From an uncultured Conexibacteraceae bacterium (GTDB lineage: Bacteria > Actinomycetota > Thermoleophilia > Solirubrobacterales > Solirubrobacteraceae), in contig CAWAVA010000021.1 of NCBI GenBank assembly GCA_963785385.1, positions 84,368 to 148,367 of the forward strand: a stretch of 64,000 nt of DNA. Direction: 5' to 3'. Made by a program: the position numbers and the translations under genes. The notes below the pieces were generated by a model. It was not told where the DNA came from and did no database searches. It saw nothing but the letters and a program-made list of their open reading frames with translations. Position 1 is the stretch's first letter. Every line of letters begins with the position of its first letter. Below are positions 40,915-50,682 of this stretch, piece by piece.

Positions 40915-42270
40915 CTACGGGTAGATCCCCCTGAGCCTCGCCGCCTCGGCGACGTGGTTGACCGCGTTTGCCAGCGCCGAGGTCCGGTGGTCGATGCTCA
41001 GATCCGCAGAAGTCGTCGCCACCCTTGCATATGCGTCACGCATCTGCGTTCGCAGCCGATCACGAACCTCGATCTCAGTCCAGTTGTACTTCTGATGGCT
41101 CTGCACCCACTCGAAGTAGCTGACGATCACGCCGCCGGCGTTGGCAAGGACGTCAGGCAACACCTTGATCCCACGCTCCTCGAGGATCCGGTCGGCGCCG
41201 GGCGTCGTGGGTCCGTTGGCGCCCTCAACGATCAGGCCACATTGCAGCGCGGATGCGTTATTCGACGTGATCTGCTCCTCGCGGGCTGCAGGCACAAGCA
41301 CGTCGCAGGGAAGTTCGAGCATGTCCAACCCGTCCACCGCCTCAGCCTGCGGGAATCCGTCCAGATACCGGTTCTCCTTCACCCAGGCGGAGACGGCCGG
41401 TATATCGAGGCCGCGATCGTTGTGGATCGCGCCGCGGATGTCGCTGACGGCCAGAACCTTCGCGCCACGAGCGTGCAGCTCGCGGGCGACGACCGAGCCC
41501 ACGTTGCCGAATCCCTGCACGATGAACCGGCGTTCGCTGAGCGCCCAGCCGAGCTCCTCAAACGCACACTCGATCGCGAACACGATTCCGAGTCCGGTGG
41601 CGCTCTGCCGGCCAACGGTCCCGCGGAGCGCCACGGGCTTGCCGGTGACCACCGCCGGAACCGCGTAGCCCACCGATTGCGAGTACGTGTCGTAGAACCA
41701 GGCCATCTCACGTTCGCCGGTGCCCATGTCCGGCGCTGGGATGTCGACGTCCGGCCCGATCACCGGCAGCAGCTCGGCGGCGTAGCGCCGGGTGATGCGC
41801 TCGATCTCATCGCTCGAGAGCGAATATGGGTCGCATCGAACGCCACCCTTTGCGCCGCCGAAGGGCAGTCCGGCGAGCGCGCATTTCCAGGTCATCCACA
41901 TCGCCAGTGCGGCGCACTCGCCGAAGCCCAGGTCCGGCGCGAACCTCAGACCGCCCTTTGTCGGGCCCATCGTCAGCGTGTGCTGCACGCGGTAGCCGGT
42001 GTAGTTGACGACATCGCCTGAATCCATCCGTACGGGGAAGTTGGCGACCAGCGAGCGCCGGGGTTCGAGCAGGCGCGTCCGCACCTCATCGTCGAGCCGA
42101 AGTACGTCCGCTGCCCGGGCGAACTGCCGGCACGCCATCGCATAGAGCGGCGAGTGCCACTCTTCACCGACCGGTACGTCATCGTCACGGGCCTGATCGG
42201 CCCAGATCGGGGAGTGTTCCGGCGGTTTATCGCCATCCGTGGATCCGCCGGCGAGCGTGGGCGCAGTCAC
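40915..42270 (-). CDS. Glu/Leu/Phe/Val dehydrogenase
   Basis: GPTKGGLRF, GGAKGG, DIPAPD, QGFGNVG, EGANGP, NAGGV.VSYFEW. Confidence 0.92.
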   Translation of the reverse strand: MTAPTLAGGSTDGDKPPEHSPIWADQARDDDVPVGEEWHSPLYAMACRQFARAADVLRLDDEVRTRLLEPRRSLVANFPVRMDSGDVVNYTGYRVQHTLTMGPTKGGLRFAPDLGFGECAALAMWMTWKCALAGLPFGGAKGGVRCDPYSLSSDEIERITRRYAAELLPVIGPDVDIPAPDMGTGEREMAWFYDTYSQSVGYAVPAVVTGKPVALRGTVGRQSATGLGIVFAIECAFEELGWALSERRFIVQGFGNVGSVVARELHARGAKVLAVSDIRGAIHNDRGLDIPAVSAWVKENRYLDGFPQAEAVDGLDMLELPCDVLVPAAREEQITSNNASALQCGLIVEGANGPTTPGADRILEERGIKVLPDVLANAGGVIVSYFEWVQSHQKYNWTEIEVRDRLRTQMRDAYARVATTSADLSIDHRTSALANAVNHVAEAARLRGIYP

Positions 42271-42525
42271 CCGGAAATCCCTTGAGCCATCGAACCTCGT
42301 TGCATCTGGGTGACGGTAGCTGGCTCAGCGGTCCGGTTCGCCGCCGTTCTGATTCGCGGCGCGTTCGGTCGGTTATCCACGGGCGCCAAGGCAATCCGAA
42401 GTGCAGCCTCAGGTCCGCCAGGATGTCGCGACCGGTAGCTATGGTGGCTGTCCGGCGCCGAGTGATTTACCGCTCGCGCCGGGAGCGAAACTGGACAGGA
42501 GCTCGTCCGATAAGGAAAGCGCCGC

Positions 42526-43341
42526 GTGATCCGCAATCTTCGAATCATTCTCGTCGCGCTGGCGGCGGTCCTAATTGTTGCTTGGTCCAGCCCATCCAAC
42601 GGCGATGCAGTTGCGGCTCCGAGCCCGGACCCGTCCGGCGCGCCGATTCCGATCGCTCCCGCCGGGTATAGGTCCGTGCTTTCCTCCGACTTCACCGGTC
42701 GCAGGTTGGGTCCGTGCTGGCAGGCGTACAACTCCAACCCCATTCCGAGCAGTCCGACCGGTGCGTGGGTGCCGAGCCAGGTGCGTGTCAGGGCCGGCAT
42801 GGCTGTGCTGTCATCGTCATACGACAGCCGGCTCGGGAAGTGGGCATCAGGTGGCATGTCTAGCGCCAGTTGTGTCTCAAGGATCTACGGCATCTTTGAG
42901 GTTCGCTTCAAGATGCAGGCGGCGCAGGGAGTGAAATACGCGATCCTGCTCTGGCCCCATAACAATGTGTGGCCACAGGGCGGCGAGGTCGACTTCGGCG
43001 AGGATGGTGGAGGCAACCGCGCCAACACCACGCTGTCGAGCATCTACGCTCGCAACGGTTCTGCCGAGACGCTGCCCCAGCACGTGATCGCCGGCAACTT
43101 CGCCCGGTGGAACACTCTCGAGCTCGTATGGACCCGGGGTAGTCTGGTCGAATACCTGAACGGCAAGCGTGCCGCGCGGATCAGCAGCCCGGAGGTGCCG
43201 TCGGACCGCATGACTTTCGACATCCAGACCGAGACGAACACCGACTGCGGCTCGTACGACACGTGCATTGACTCGACCACGCCAGCGCGTGTCGATCTTG
43301 ACGTGGACTGGGCCGTCGCGTTCGCGCCGCTCCGACATTGA
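42526..43341 (+). CDS. Secreted glycoside hydrolase family 16 protein
   Basis: Signal peptide; WP..GEVDFGE (ExDxxE). Confidence 0.75.
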   Translation: MIRNLRIILVALAAVLIVAWSSPSNGDAVAAPSPDPSGAPIPIAPAGYRSVLSSDFTGRRLGPCWQAYNSNPIPSSPTGAWVPSQVRVRAGMAVLSSSYDSRLGKWASGGMSSASCVSRIYGIFEVRFKMQAAQGVKYAILLWPHNNVWPQGGEVDFGEDGGGNRANTTLSSIYARNGSAETLPQHVIAGNFARWNTLELVWTRGSLVEYLNGKRAARISSPEVPSDRMTFDIQTETNTDCGSYDTCIDSTTPARVDLDVDWAVAFAPLRH

Positions 43342-43441
43342 CCCGCGGCGAAGCATGGGCTGGATTGGTCTTGCGCCCTCGTAGAAGTGGTGAGGCAAGT
43401 CTCAGCACGGGCTATCTGGAGGATCGGGAAGAACGCCAGCC

Positions 43442-43873
43442 ATGAAACGTCCAGTCGCCATAGCCACCATCTCGGTTGCCGCGCTACTTGGCGTGGTCGG
43501 GGGCGCATCGGCGAAGCCGGCTGTCATCAAGCGCTGCGGATTCATCGACGCGAAATACGGCAGGAGCGCCATCTACCCCTGGCACATGAGTTGCTCTGAC
43601 GCTCGTAAGGTGATCGCGGGCTCTGACAAGCCGCAGGCCACGATCGAGTTAGGCTCGGGGTGGGACGGCGCTGCGGTGAAGATCGGCACCAGATTCTGGG
43701 TCTGTACTGGACAGATGGGCTACTACAACTGTGGGTCTCCGTATCGGCCGCGGAAGGTTCACGGCCAACGTGGATATGCGAAGCCGTTCACCGAGGATGT
43801 GGAGTATGTGACGTGCCGGGTTGCGGGTGCGGGATCGTGTCTCGCAGTAACCACGATCCCCGATCCAACGTGA
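43442..43873 (+). CDS. Secreted Cys-rich hypothetical protein
   Basis: Signal peptide and six Cys. Confidence 0.6.
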   Translation: MKRPVAIATISVAALLGVVGGASAKPAVIKRCGFIDAKYGRSAIYPWHMSCSDARKVIAGSDKPQATIELGSGWDGAAVKIGTRFWVCTGQMGYYNCGSPYRPRKVHGQRGYAKPFTEDVEYVTCRVAGAGSCLAVTTIPDPT

Positions 43874-44143
43874 TCAGGGCGCAGAACGACAGAGGGAGCT
43901 GACCGGCTAGGCGGAGCTCGGAGTCCGGGCACGATCGCGCTGATCAACGGCGCGGGCTCGTCTGACTTGCGTTGCCGCGACGACTCAGCGCCCCGCTCGA
44001 GGACAGAGGCAGCTATGACGCTCCGCCGAATCCAAACTCGTTGCCATCGGTCTCTGAAAACGGCCTTGCCGACGCCAGCAGCGGGCTCCTCGACGCGATC
44101 CGAGATTCTGGCGGGTAGAGTGGCGCCGGACGGAGGGCCACGA

Positions 44144-44746
44144 ATGACCGAGACACAGGAGAATCCGAAGGTCTCAAGGTACATCGAGGGGATGCGCGCG
44201 TGGCGATCCGAGCTCGAGATGCTGCGGCCGATCTTGCTTCATGCCGGGCTGCGGGAGGAGTTCAAGTGGTACAAGCCGTGTTACGCGCACGACCGGTCGA
44301 ACGTCGTCATCTTCCAGCCGTTCAAGGAGATGTGCGCGCTGCTGTTCTTCAAGGGCGCGCTGCTCGAGGATCCAGAGGGTGCGCTCAGGGAGCAGGGCGA
44401 CAACACCCGCTCCGCGCTACGCCTTGAGTTTCGCTCCGTCGCAGAAGTCACCAAGAGCAGGAGCATCATCGTTGCGCTTGTGAATGACGCCATCCGCGTC
44501 GAGCAAGCGGGGTTATCGCTCCCCGACCGCGATCCTGCCGACGAAGATCCCTACCCGGATGAGCTCGTCATGACTCTTGAGGCCGATCCCGGCTTGCGCG
44601 ATGCCTGGGAGCGCCTCACCCCCGGCCGGCGGCGCGGCTGGCTGCTGCACTTCAACGCCGCCAAGCAGTCCAAGACCCGGTTCGCACGCATCGAGCGCGC
44701 CAAACCCCAAATCTTGGAAGGCTTCGGGATGCATGACCACGCATAA
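44144..44746 (+). CDS. YdeI/OmdA-associated (DUF1801) protein
   Basis: EEFKW.KPCY, LLFFKGALL.DP, LTPGRRR, AKQSKTR. Confidence 0.85.
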   Translation: MTETQENPKVSRYIEGMRAWRSELEMLRPILLHAGLREEFKWYKPCYAHDRSNVVIFQPFKEMCALLFFKGALLEDPEGALREQGDNTRSALRLEFRSVAEVTKSRSIIVALVNDAIRVEQAGLSLPDRDPADEDPYPDELVMTLEADPGLRDAWERLTPGRRRGWLLHFNAAKQSKTRFARIERAKPQILEGFGMHDHA

Positions 44747-44828
44747 CGAGCGATTCCGCTGTCACAAGGATTCTTAGATGAGAGCCGCCTTGACGACATC
44801 TGGATGAACCCAGTTGCCATCGGAACCT

Positions 44829-44854
44829 GAAAAGCCTGCAGACTGCAGGCTTTC
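44829..44854. terminator. Hairpin just downstream of tRNA-Trp
   Basis: AAAGCCTGCAG-A-CTGCAGGCTTT. Confidence 0.6.
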
Positions 44855-44860
44855 CCGAAG

Positions 44861-44933
44861 CAGGGGAGACAGGACTCGAACCTGCAACCCCCGGTTTTGG
44901 AGACCGGTGCACTACCAATTGTGCTACTCCCCT
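44861..44933 (-). tRNA. tRNA-Trp(CCA)
   Basis: Canonical cloverleaf AGGGGAG...CCGGT-CTCCAAA-ACCGG...CTCCCCT-G. Confidence 0.95.
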
Positions 44934-45013
44934 TCGGTCGGCCCATTGTAGGAGTCCGGAACGGGAGCCGCTGGACGAGCCGGCGCTCGCGAGCCTAGAC
45001 TGTGGTGCTCACC

Positions 45014-45084
45014 GCGGGCGAAGTGTTGTGGTTGCACCGAAGCCTTCCAAGCTTCTAGGGCGGGTTCGATTCCCGTCGCCCGCT
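45014..45084 (+). tRNA. tRNA-Gly(TCC) with non-canonical core
   Basis: GCGGGCG/CGCCCGC acceptor, GAAGC-CTTCCAA-GCTTC anticodon arm, U73; carries A8, U14, U21 and G48. Confidence 0.88.
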
Positions 45085-45130
45085 TCTTGCCGGGGTTCAG
45101 TTTCTGAGCCCCGCGGTCGACTATCCGCCT

Positions 45131-45938
45131 GTGGAGGAACTCACGACAGGACCGGCGGCTGAGCTTCGGCTCCGTCGCGGTCCAATATGACGGCGTCCGT
45201 CCGGGATACCCGGAACAGCTTGTCGATGAGGTGCTGGCGTACACAGGTGCCGGACCGGGCGCGCGGGCGCTTGAGATCGGGGCCGGTACCGGCCAGGCGA
45301 CGGCACAGTTCGCCTGGCGCGATCTCCGGGTGCACGTGCTGGAGCCGAGCGCCGAGATGGCGGCGCTGATCGTCGAGAAATTCGAGGACTCGGGTCTTGA
45401 GGTGACGATCGAGGTCGCCGGGCTGGAGTCTGCTCAGCTTGAGGCCGACTCCTTCGACCTGGTCTTCGCCGCCACCTCATGGCACTGGCTTGAGCCGGAG
45501 ACGCGCTGGAGGCTCGTGTCCCGCACACTTCGGCCCGGCGGGGCAGTTGCCGCCTTCTGGAACTGGCCACATTGGCGTGAGACTGAGCTTCGCGAAGAGC
45601 TCGACGGTGCCTACGAGCGCAGTGGCGCCAGCCTCCAGGAGCTAGCTCCGATGATGATCGATCTGCAACTGGACGCTGCCGCGCTCGCCAGGGAGTGGTT
45701 GGCCGACGCGCCGGACCCCGAGGCGTTCACCGACACCCGCCTGGCGACCTACCGCTGGTCGATGCTGTGCAGCAGCACGGAGTACGTGGGACTGCTCGGC
45801 ACCTATGCCGATCACCTCGCGCTGGACGCTGATGTTCGCGAGCGCCTCTTCAGGGACATCATCGGCCTGATCGACGCACATGGCGGTGCGATCACGCTGC
45901 GGCATTCAACCCAGCTGCTGGTTGCCCGGGCTCGCTGA
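45131..45938 (+). CDS. Class I SAM-dependent methyltransferase (start approximate)
   Basis: SFGSVA..YD..RPGYP, LEIGAGTGQAT, FDLV.AATSWHW. Confidence 0.85.
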
Positions 45939-46150
45939 GCTCACTGCAAGTCCGATCCGCGCCCACCCTTGCTCAATATGCACCTCCGCATATGTTGCGG
46001 AAGTGTCACGCCATGTCACAAATGTGCCGAAAGATCCCCGTTATGACACACATCCGTGACGCCGCGACACACTTTTGCCACATATGTGAGTAGGTCGTTT
46101 GAGGTACCGGTGTCGGGCGGATGGCGCGTCCGATGGTGGATCGGAAACGC

Positions 46151-46699
46151 TCAGGCCGCGTCGGCCTTCCGCCACTCAGCCTTATGCGCCCTCTTCGCGG
46201 CCTGATAGGCGACGAGCGCTTCAGGTGAGTCGACGTCGCCGAGTGTCGGGTGCGAGGGCACGAGGCCCTCGGCGACGCTCACGCCGAATCGTCTGGCGAG
46301 AACCGAGCCGAGCGACTTGATCTTCATGTCGCCGAAGCCGGGCAGCGCCGCCAGGCGGCTGCGCAGGTCGGATGCATTGGCTGCCTCGTTCCAGATGCGG
46401 GATGCGTCGCCGTCGTAGTCGTCGCGCACGATCGCGGCGAGCTCCTGCGCCTTGGTCGCCATCGCGCCGGGGAAGCGGTGGACCGCCGGCTTCTGCCGGA
46501 AGACGGTGTCCAGGTCAGCATCGGCGAGGGTGGCGGCGTCAAGGGAGCCGACGCGCTCACGGATCACCCGTGGTCCGGAGAAAGCCTTCTGCACGGTGAC
46601 CTGCTGGTCGAGTAGAAAGCCGATGAGCAGCGCCATGGGGTCCTCTGCGAGCAGCGTGTCGGCGTCGTCGTCGCCGGTGAAGTAGAGACGATCGGGCAC
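46151..46699 (-). CDS. HhH-GPD-type base-excision repair protein
   Basis: LLIGFLLDQQV, PAVHRFPG.MA, LPGFG. Confidence 0.85.
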   Translation of the reverse strand: MPDRLYFTGDDDADTLLAEDPMALLIGFLLDQQVTVQKAFSGPRVIRERVGSLDAATLADADLDTVFRQKPAVHRFPGAMATKAQELAAIVRDDYDGDASRIWNEAANASDLRSRLAALPGFGDMKIKSLGSVLARRFGVSVAEGLVPSHPTLGDVDSPEALVAYQAAKRAHKAEWRKADAA

Positions 46700-46889
46700 C
46701 GGCAGATCCTATCCGTGTTTTCCCGCGGAGGGCCCGGCAAGTAGCCACAGGCACAGCCCGTTGTAACCCGCGACAGCGGCCGGATCTGTCCACCGCTGAC
46801 AGGCGGGCCGGCACCGATTGAGAGCGCGCTCTCGGTTGGGACCATCGATTTGTACGGAGGACATGCGACGAATCCAGGAGGAACCCGGA

Positions 46890-47552
46890 ATGCAACGCAA
46901 GGTATTTGACCGGCTGGCCAGCACCACCGGCGCCGTGATCGTTGTGCTGCTGCTGATCGCAGGAGGCCTGTTGACGTGGGGTGCGAGCTTCGCGAGTTCA
47001 AGCGTTCACGACCAGTTGGCGGCGCAGCAGATCTACTTCCCCTCCCAGAAGGAGATCAATACGGTCAGCCACCAGTACGCGACGACGGGCAAGACGACGG
47101 ACCCAGAGTTTCCCAACAAGGCGATGGTTGCTCAGCTTGAGCCGTACGCGGGTCAGCAGGTGCTGACCGGCAAACAGGCTCAGGTGTACGCCAACTGGTT
47201 CATCGCCCAGCACCTCTACGCGATGCCCTACCACGGCGTCTATTCGCAGATCAGCGGGGCGGCGATGGCCGCGACGCCAGGCAGCGCCAAGGCGACCAGT
47301 CTGACCCAGCTCAAGACGACGTCGTTCATGGGCACCACGCTACGCGGCATGCTGTTGACGGCTTACGCGTTCGGAACGATCGGCGTGATCATGTTCTGGG
47401 GCGCGATCGCCTCCTTCGTCGGTGCTCTGATCCTGGGACTGCTTGTGGTCGGTGGCTTCTGGCACGCGTCACGCACAGCCTCGGAGGAGCGGATCTTCGA
47501 GGACGAGCCGAGTCCTGCCACCACGGAGCCGGCTCCTCTGGCAACTGTGTAG
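46890..47552 (+). CDS. Conserved actinobacterial 2-TM membrane protein
   Basis: GGAGG RBS; VHDQLAAQQIYFP, F.G.TLRG.LL.AY.F. Confidence 0.75.
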   Translation: MQRKVFDRLASTTGAVIVVLLLIAGGLLTWGASFASSSVHDQLAAQQIYFPSQKEINTVSHQYATTGKTTDPEFPNKAMVAQLEPYAGQQVLTGKQAQVYANWFIAQHLYAMPYHGVYSQISGAAMAATPGSAKATSLTQLKTTSFMGTTLRGMLLTAYAFGTIGVIMFWGAIASFVGALILGLLVVGGFWHASRTASEERIFEDEPSPATTEPAPLATV

Positions 47553-47687
47553 AAGCAGGCAACACTTCGGCTCGGGGCGGGACCACCAGGGGCCACGAGC
47601 CGAGCGCCGGGGTCCTCCGTCACACCCCGATGGACGCCCGCGCTGGGGGACCAGCGCGGGCGTCGCGCGTTGTGGCACGCTTTGCCC

Positions 47688-48560
47688 GTGGAGCAGCAGA
47701 TCGGCCTTCATGCGCTTGGCATCGGGCCCGGGGCACGTCGCGATGTGATCGACGCGGTCGCCGTTGCTGCGGAGGCTGGAGGCTTCGCGCGGCTTTGGGT
47801 GGGCGAGCACGTGGTGATGGTGGACCGCTCGGAGTCGCGCTATCCGTACTCGACCGACGGCGAGATCGCGGTGCCGGCGGTGGCAGACTGGCTGGACCCG
47901 ATGATCGCTCTGAGCTTCGCGGCTGCGGCGACGCGGACGATTGGGCTGGCCACCGGCGTACTGCTGCTGCCGGAGCACAATCCGGTGCTGCTCGCCAAGC
48001 AGGTCTCCAGCCTCGACGTGCTGTGCGGCGGCCGCTTTACGCTCGGTGTCGGCATCGGATGGTCGCGGGAGGAGTTCGACGCGCTCGGAGTGCCCTTCGA
48101 CCGACGCAGTGCGAGAGCGGTCGAGTACCTGCGGGCGATGCGAGCGCTCTGGGAGGAGGATGTCGCTTCATTCGACGGGGAGTTCGTGTCCTTCCGCGAG
48201 ATCAGGGTCAACCCCAGGCCTGTCCGGGACCGGCGGGTCCCGATCGTCTTCGGCGGAAACAGCGACGCCGCGCTGCGACGAGTCGTAATGCATGCAGACG
48301 GCTGGTACGGGTTCAACCTGGCCGGCGTCACCGAGGTTGCGGAGCGGGTGGCGTTCATCGAACGGGAGTGCCGTCGGATCGGGCGGGACATCTCAACGTT
48401 GCATCTGGCGGTCGCGCTTCAGAAGCCGCGGCCTGAGGATCTGAATGCGCTCAGCATGGCCGGGATCAGCGAGCTCGTCGTGGTCGAGGCGCCGCCAGCT
48501 GATCCAAAGGCGATCCCCGAGTGGACTGAGACGCTGGCCCACCGCTGGGGCCTACGATGA
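47688..48560 (+). CDS. LLM-class F420-dependent oxidoreductase
   Basis: LWVGEHVV, GRFTLGVGIGW..EEF.ALG. Confidence 0.85.
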   Translation: MEQQIGLHALGIGPGARRDVIDAVAVAAEAGGFARLWVGEHVVMVDRSESRYPYSTDGEIAVPAVADWLDPMIALSFAAAATRTIGLATGVLLLPEHNPVLLAKQVSSLDVLCGGRFTLGVGIGWSREEFDALGVPFDRRSARAVEYLRAMRALWEEDVASFDGEFVSFREIRVNPRPVRDRRVPIVFGGNSDAALRRVVMHADGWYGFNLAGVTEVAERVAFIERECRRIGRDISTLHLAVALQKPRPEDLNALSMAGISELVVVEAPPADPKAIPEWTETLAHRWGLR

Positions 48561-48564
48561 ACGC

Positions 48565-49386
48565 ATGGCTTCCAGAACGTGGTTCATCACAGGTACATCG
48601 CGCGGTTTCGGCCGCGAATGGGCACTAGCGGCCTTGGACCGGGGCGATCGTGTGGTCGGCACAGCACGCGATCCCCGCAGCATGGACGACATCGCCGAGC
48701 GGTACGCAGAGGACCGCTTCCTACCCGTGCAGCTCGACGTGACCGATCGCTCAGCAGCGTTCGACGTGGTCCGCCGTGCGCATGAGCACTTCGGTGAGCT
48801 GGACATCGTCGTCAACAACGCCGGTTACGGCCAGTTCGGCATGGTCGAGGAGCTCAGCGAGCAGGAGGTGCGCGACCAGATCGAGACGAACCTGTTCGGC
48901 GCGATCTGGGTCACGCAGGCGGCGCTGCCGTATCTGCGCGAACAGCGGCGCGGTCACATCCTGCAGGTCTCCTCGATCGGTGGGATCAGCGCGTTCAGCA
49001 ATGTTGGGGCCTATCACGCATCGAAATGGGGGCTCGAAGGGATCAGTCAGGCGCTCTCAATTGAGGTGGCAGAGTTCAATGTTCACGTCACCCTGATCGA
49101 GCCAGGCGGCTTTTCGACCGACTGGTCGGGACCATCGGCGCGACGCTCAGAACTCAACCCCGCGTATGACGGTGTGCGCGAGGCCCGGCAGCGCCGATTC
49201 GCCGGCAGTGTGCCCGGTGACCCGATCGCGTCTGCGCAAGCCGTCCTGCGGGTTGTCGACGCAGACCAGCCGCCGCTCCGTTGCTTCTTCGGCACGCTCC
49301 CGATTGAGATCGCGGAGGCTGATTACGAGAGCCGGCTGAAGACGTGGCGGGAGTGGCAGCCGGTCGCCGAGCTCGCGCAGGGCTGA
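48565..49386 (+). CDS. Short-chain dehydrogenase/reductase
   Basis: TGTSRGFG, NNAG, YHASK. Confidence 0.9.
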   Translation: MASRTWFITGTSRGFGREWALAALDRGDRVVGTARDPRSMDDIAERYAEDRFLPVQLDVTDRSAAFDVVRRAHEHFGELDIVVNNAGYGQFGMVEELSEQEVRDQIETNLFGAIWVTQAALPYLREQRRGHILQVSSIGGISAFSNVGAYHASKWGLEGISQALSIEVAEFNVHVTLIEPGGFSTDWSGPSARRSELNPAYDGVREARQRRFAGSVPGDPIASAQAVLRVVDADQPPLRCFFGTLPIEIAEADYESRLKTWREWQPVAELAQG

Positions 49387-49410
49387 ACGACGACAGGGAG
49401 CGGGCGCCGG

Positions 49411-50682
49411 CTATTGCGGCGCCTTCAACACCAAAACGCAGTTCTGACCGCCGAAGCCAAACGCGTTGGCGACGGCCGTGCGGACCGTGGCCTCGCGTGC
49501 GACCAGCGGCACGTAATCGAGGTCGCAGGCCGGGTCGGGCGTTTCGAGGTTGATCGTCGGTGGGACGACGCCGTCGCGCATCGACAGCAGGCATACCATC
49601 GCCGAGAGGGCGCCGGCGGCGCCGATCAGGTGCCCGACCATCGATTTGGGCGAACTCACGAGCAGGCCGTCGGCGGCCGATCCGTAGACGTCGCGGATGA
49701 CGCTCGTCTCGACCGCGTCGTTGATTCGGGTTGCCGTGCCGTGCGCGCAGATGTAGTCGACGTCACCCGGCTCGGTTCCGGTGCGGTCGAGCGCGAGCTT
49801 GGCGGCACGCCGCGGTTGCCGGCCGGTTGGGTCCGGATGGCTGATGTGGAAGGCATCAGTGGTCAGGGCGCCACCGGCAACCGTGCCGTAGACGCGCGCG
49901 CCGCGGGCACGCGCGTGCTCGGCGGATTCGATCACGAACAGCACGGCGCCCTCGCCATAGACGAACCCGTCACGGTCGGCTGAGAACGGCCGGCTCGCAA
50001 GCTCGGGCTCGTCGTTGCGGGCCGAGAGCGCACCCATGTTCGCGAGCCCGGCGAACATCACCGATGTGATCCCCGCGTCGGTGCCGCCGGCGATCATCAC
50101 GTCGGCCTCATCGGCGAGGATCAGCCGCCGCGCCTCGAGCAGTGCGGCGTTGCCGCTCGCGCAGGCGAGTGCGCTGGCGGTGACCGGACCGTGCAGGCCC
50201 AGGTCGATTGCGACCTCACAGGCCGGCATGTTCGGAATCATCTCGGGAACGTAGTAGGGGCTGACACCGCGCAGGCCCTCGGCCAGCAGCCCCTCGACGT
50301 TGGCCTGCGTCTCCGGGATCCCGGGCACCGCGGTGTTGACGATCACGCCGACGCGCTCATAGTCGGCCACGGACTCGATCCCGGCGCCGGGCTCAAGACC
50401 GGCGTCGGCGAATGCCTCGCGAGCCGCGGCCACAGCCAGCTGTGAGAACCGTGCCGACCGGCGGGCGCGCTTGGTGCCGACCACCGCCTCTCCATCGAAT
50501 CCCTTGATCTCGCCTGCGATCCGCGTCGGCAGCCCGGAGGCGTCGAACAGCGTGATCGGACCGATGCCGGACTCCCCGGCGACCAGGCGGCGCCACGTCG
50601 TCGGGGCGTCGTTGCCAAGTGGTGTCAGGGCCCCGATCCCGGTCACGACCGGATCGGCCCCGTGCGAATAAAACGCGCTCAC
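49411..50682 (-). CDS. fabF: Beta-ketoacyl-ACP synthase II
   Basis: VVTGIG, ACASG, AHGT, KSMVGHLIGAAG, NAFGFGG. Confidence 0.85.
   Translation of the reverse strand: MSAFYSHGADPVVTGIGALTPLGNDAPTTWRRLVAGESGIGPITLFDASGLPTRIAGEIKGFDGEAVVGTKRARRSARFSQLAVAAAREAFADAGLEPGAGIESVADYERVGVIVNTAVPGIPETQANVEGLLAEGLRGVSPYYVPEMIPNMPACEVAIDLGLHGPVTASALACASGNAALLEARRLILADEADVMIAGGTDAGITSVMFAGLANMGALSARNDEPELASRPFSADRDGFVYGEGAVLFVIESAEHARARGARVYGTVAGGALTTDAFHISHPDPTGRQPRRAAKLALDRTGTEPGDVDYICAHGTATRINDAVETSVIRDVYGSAADGLLVSSPKSMVGHLIGAAGALSAMVCLLSMRDGVVPPTINLETPDPACDLDYVPLVAREATVRTAVANAFGFGGQNCVLVLKAPQ

Noticed and set aside
44040-44823. 11-bp direct repeat GTTGCCATCGG flanking the YdeI-like gene near tRNA-Trp
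   Set aside because: Too short to exclude chance, and no integrase or tRNA fragment accompanies it.
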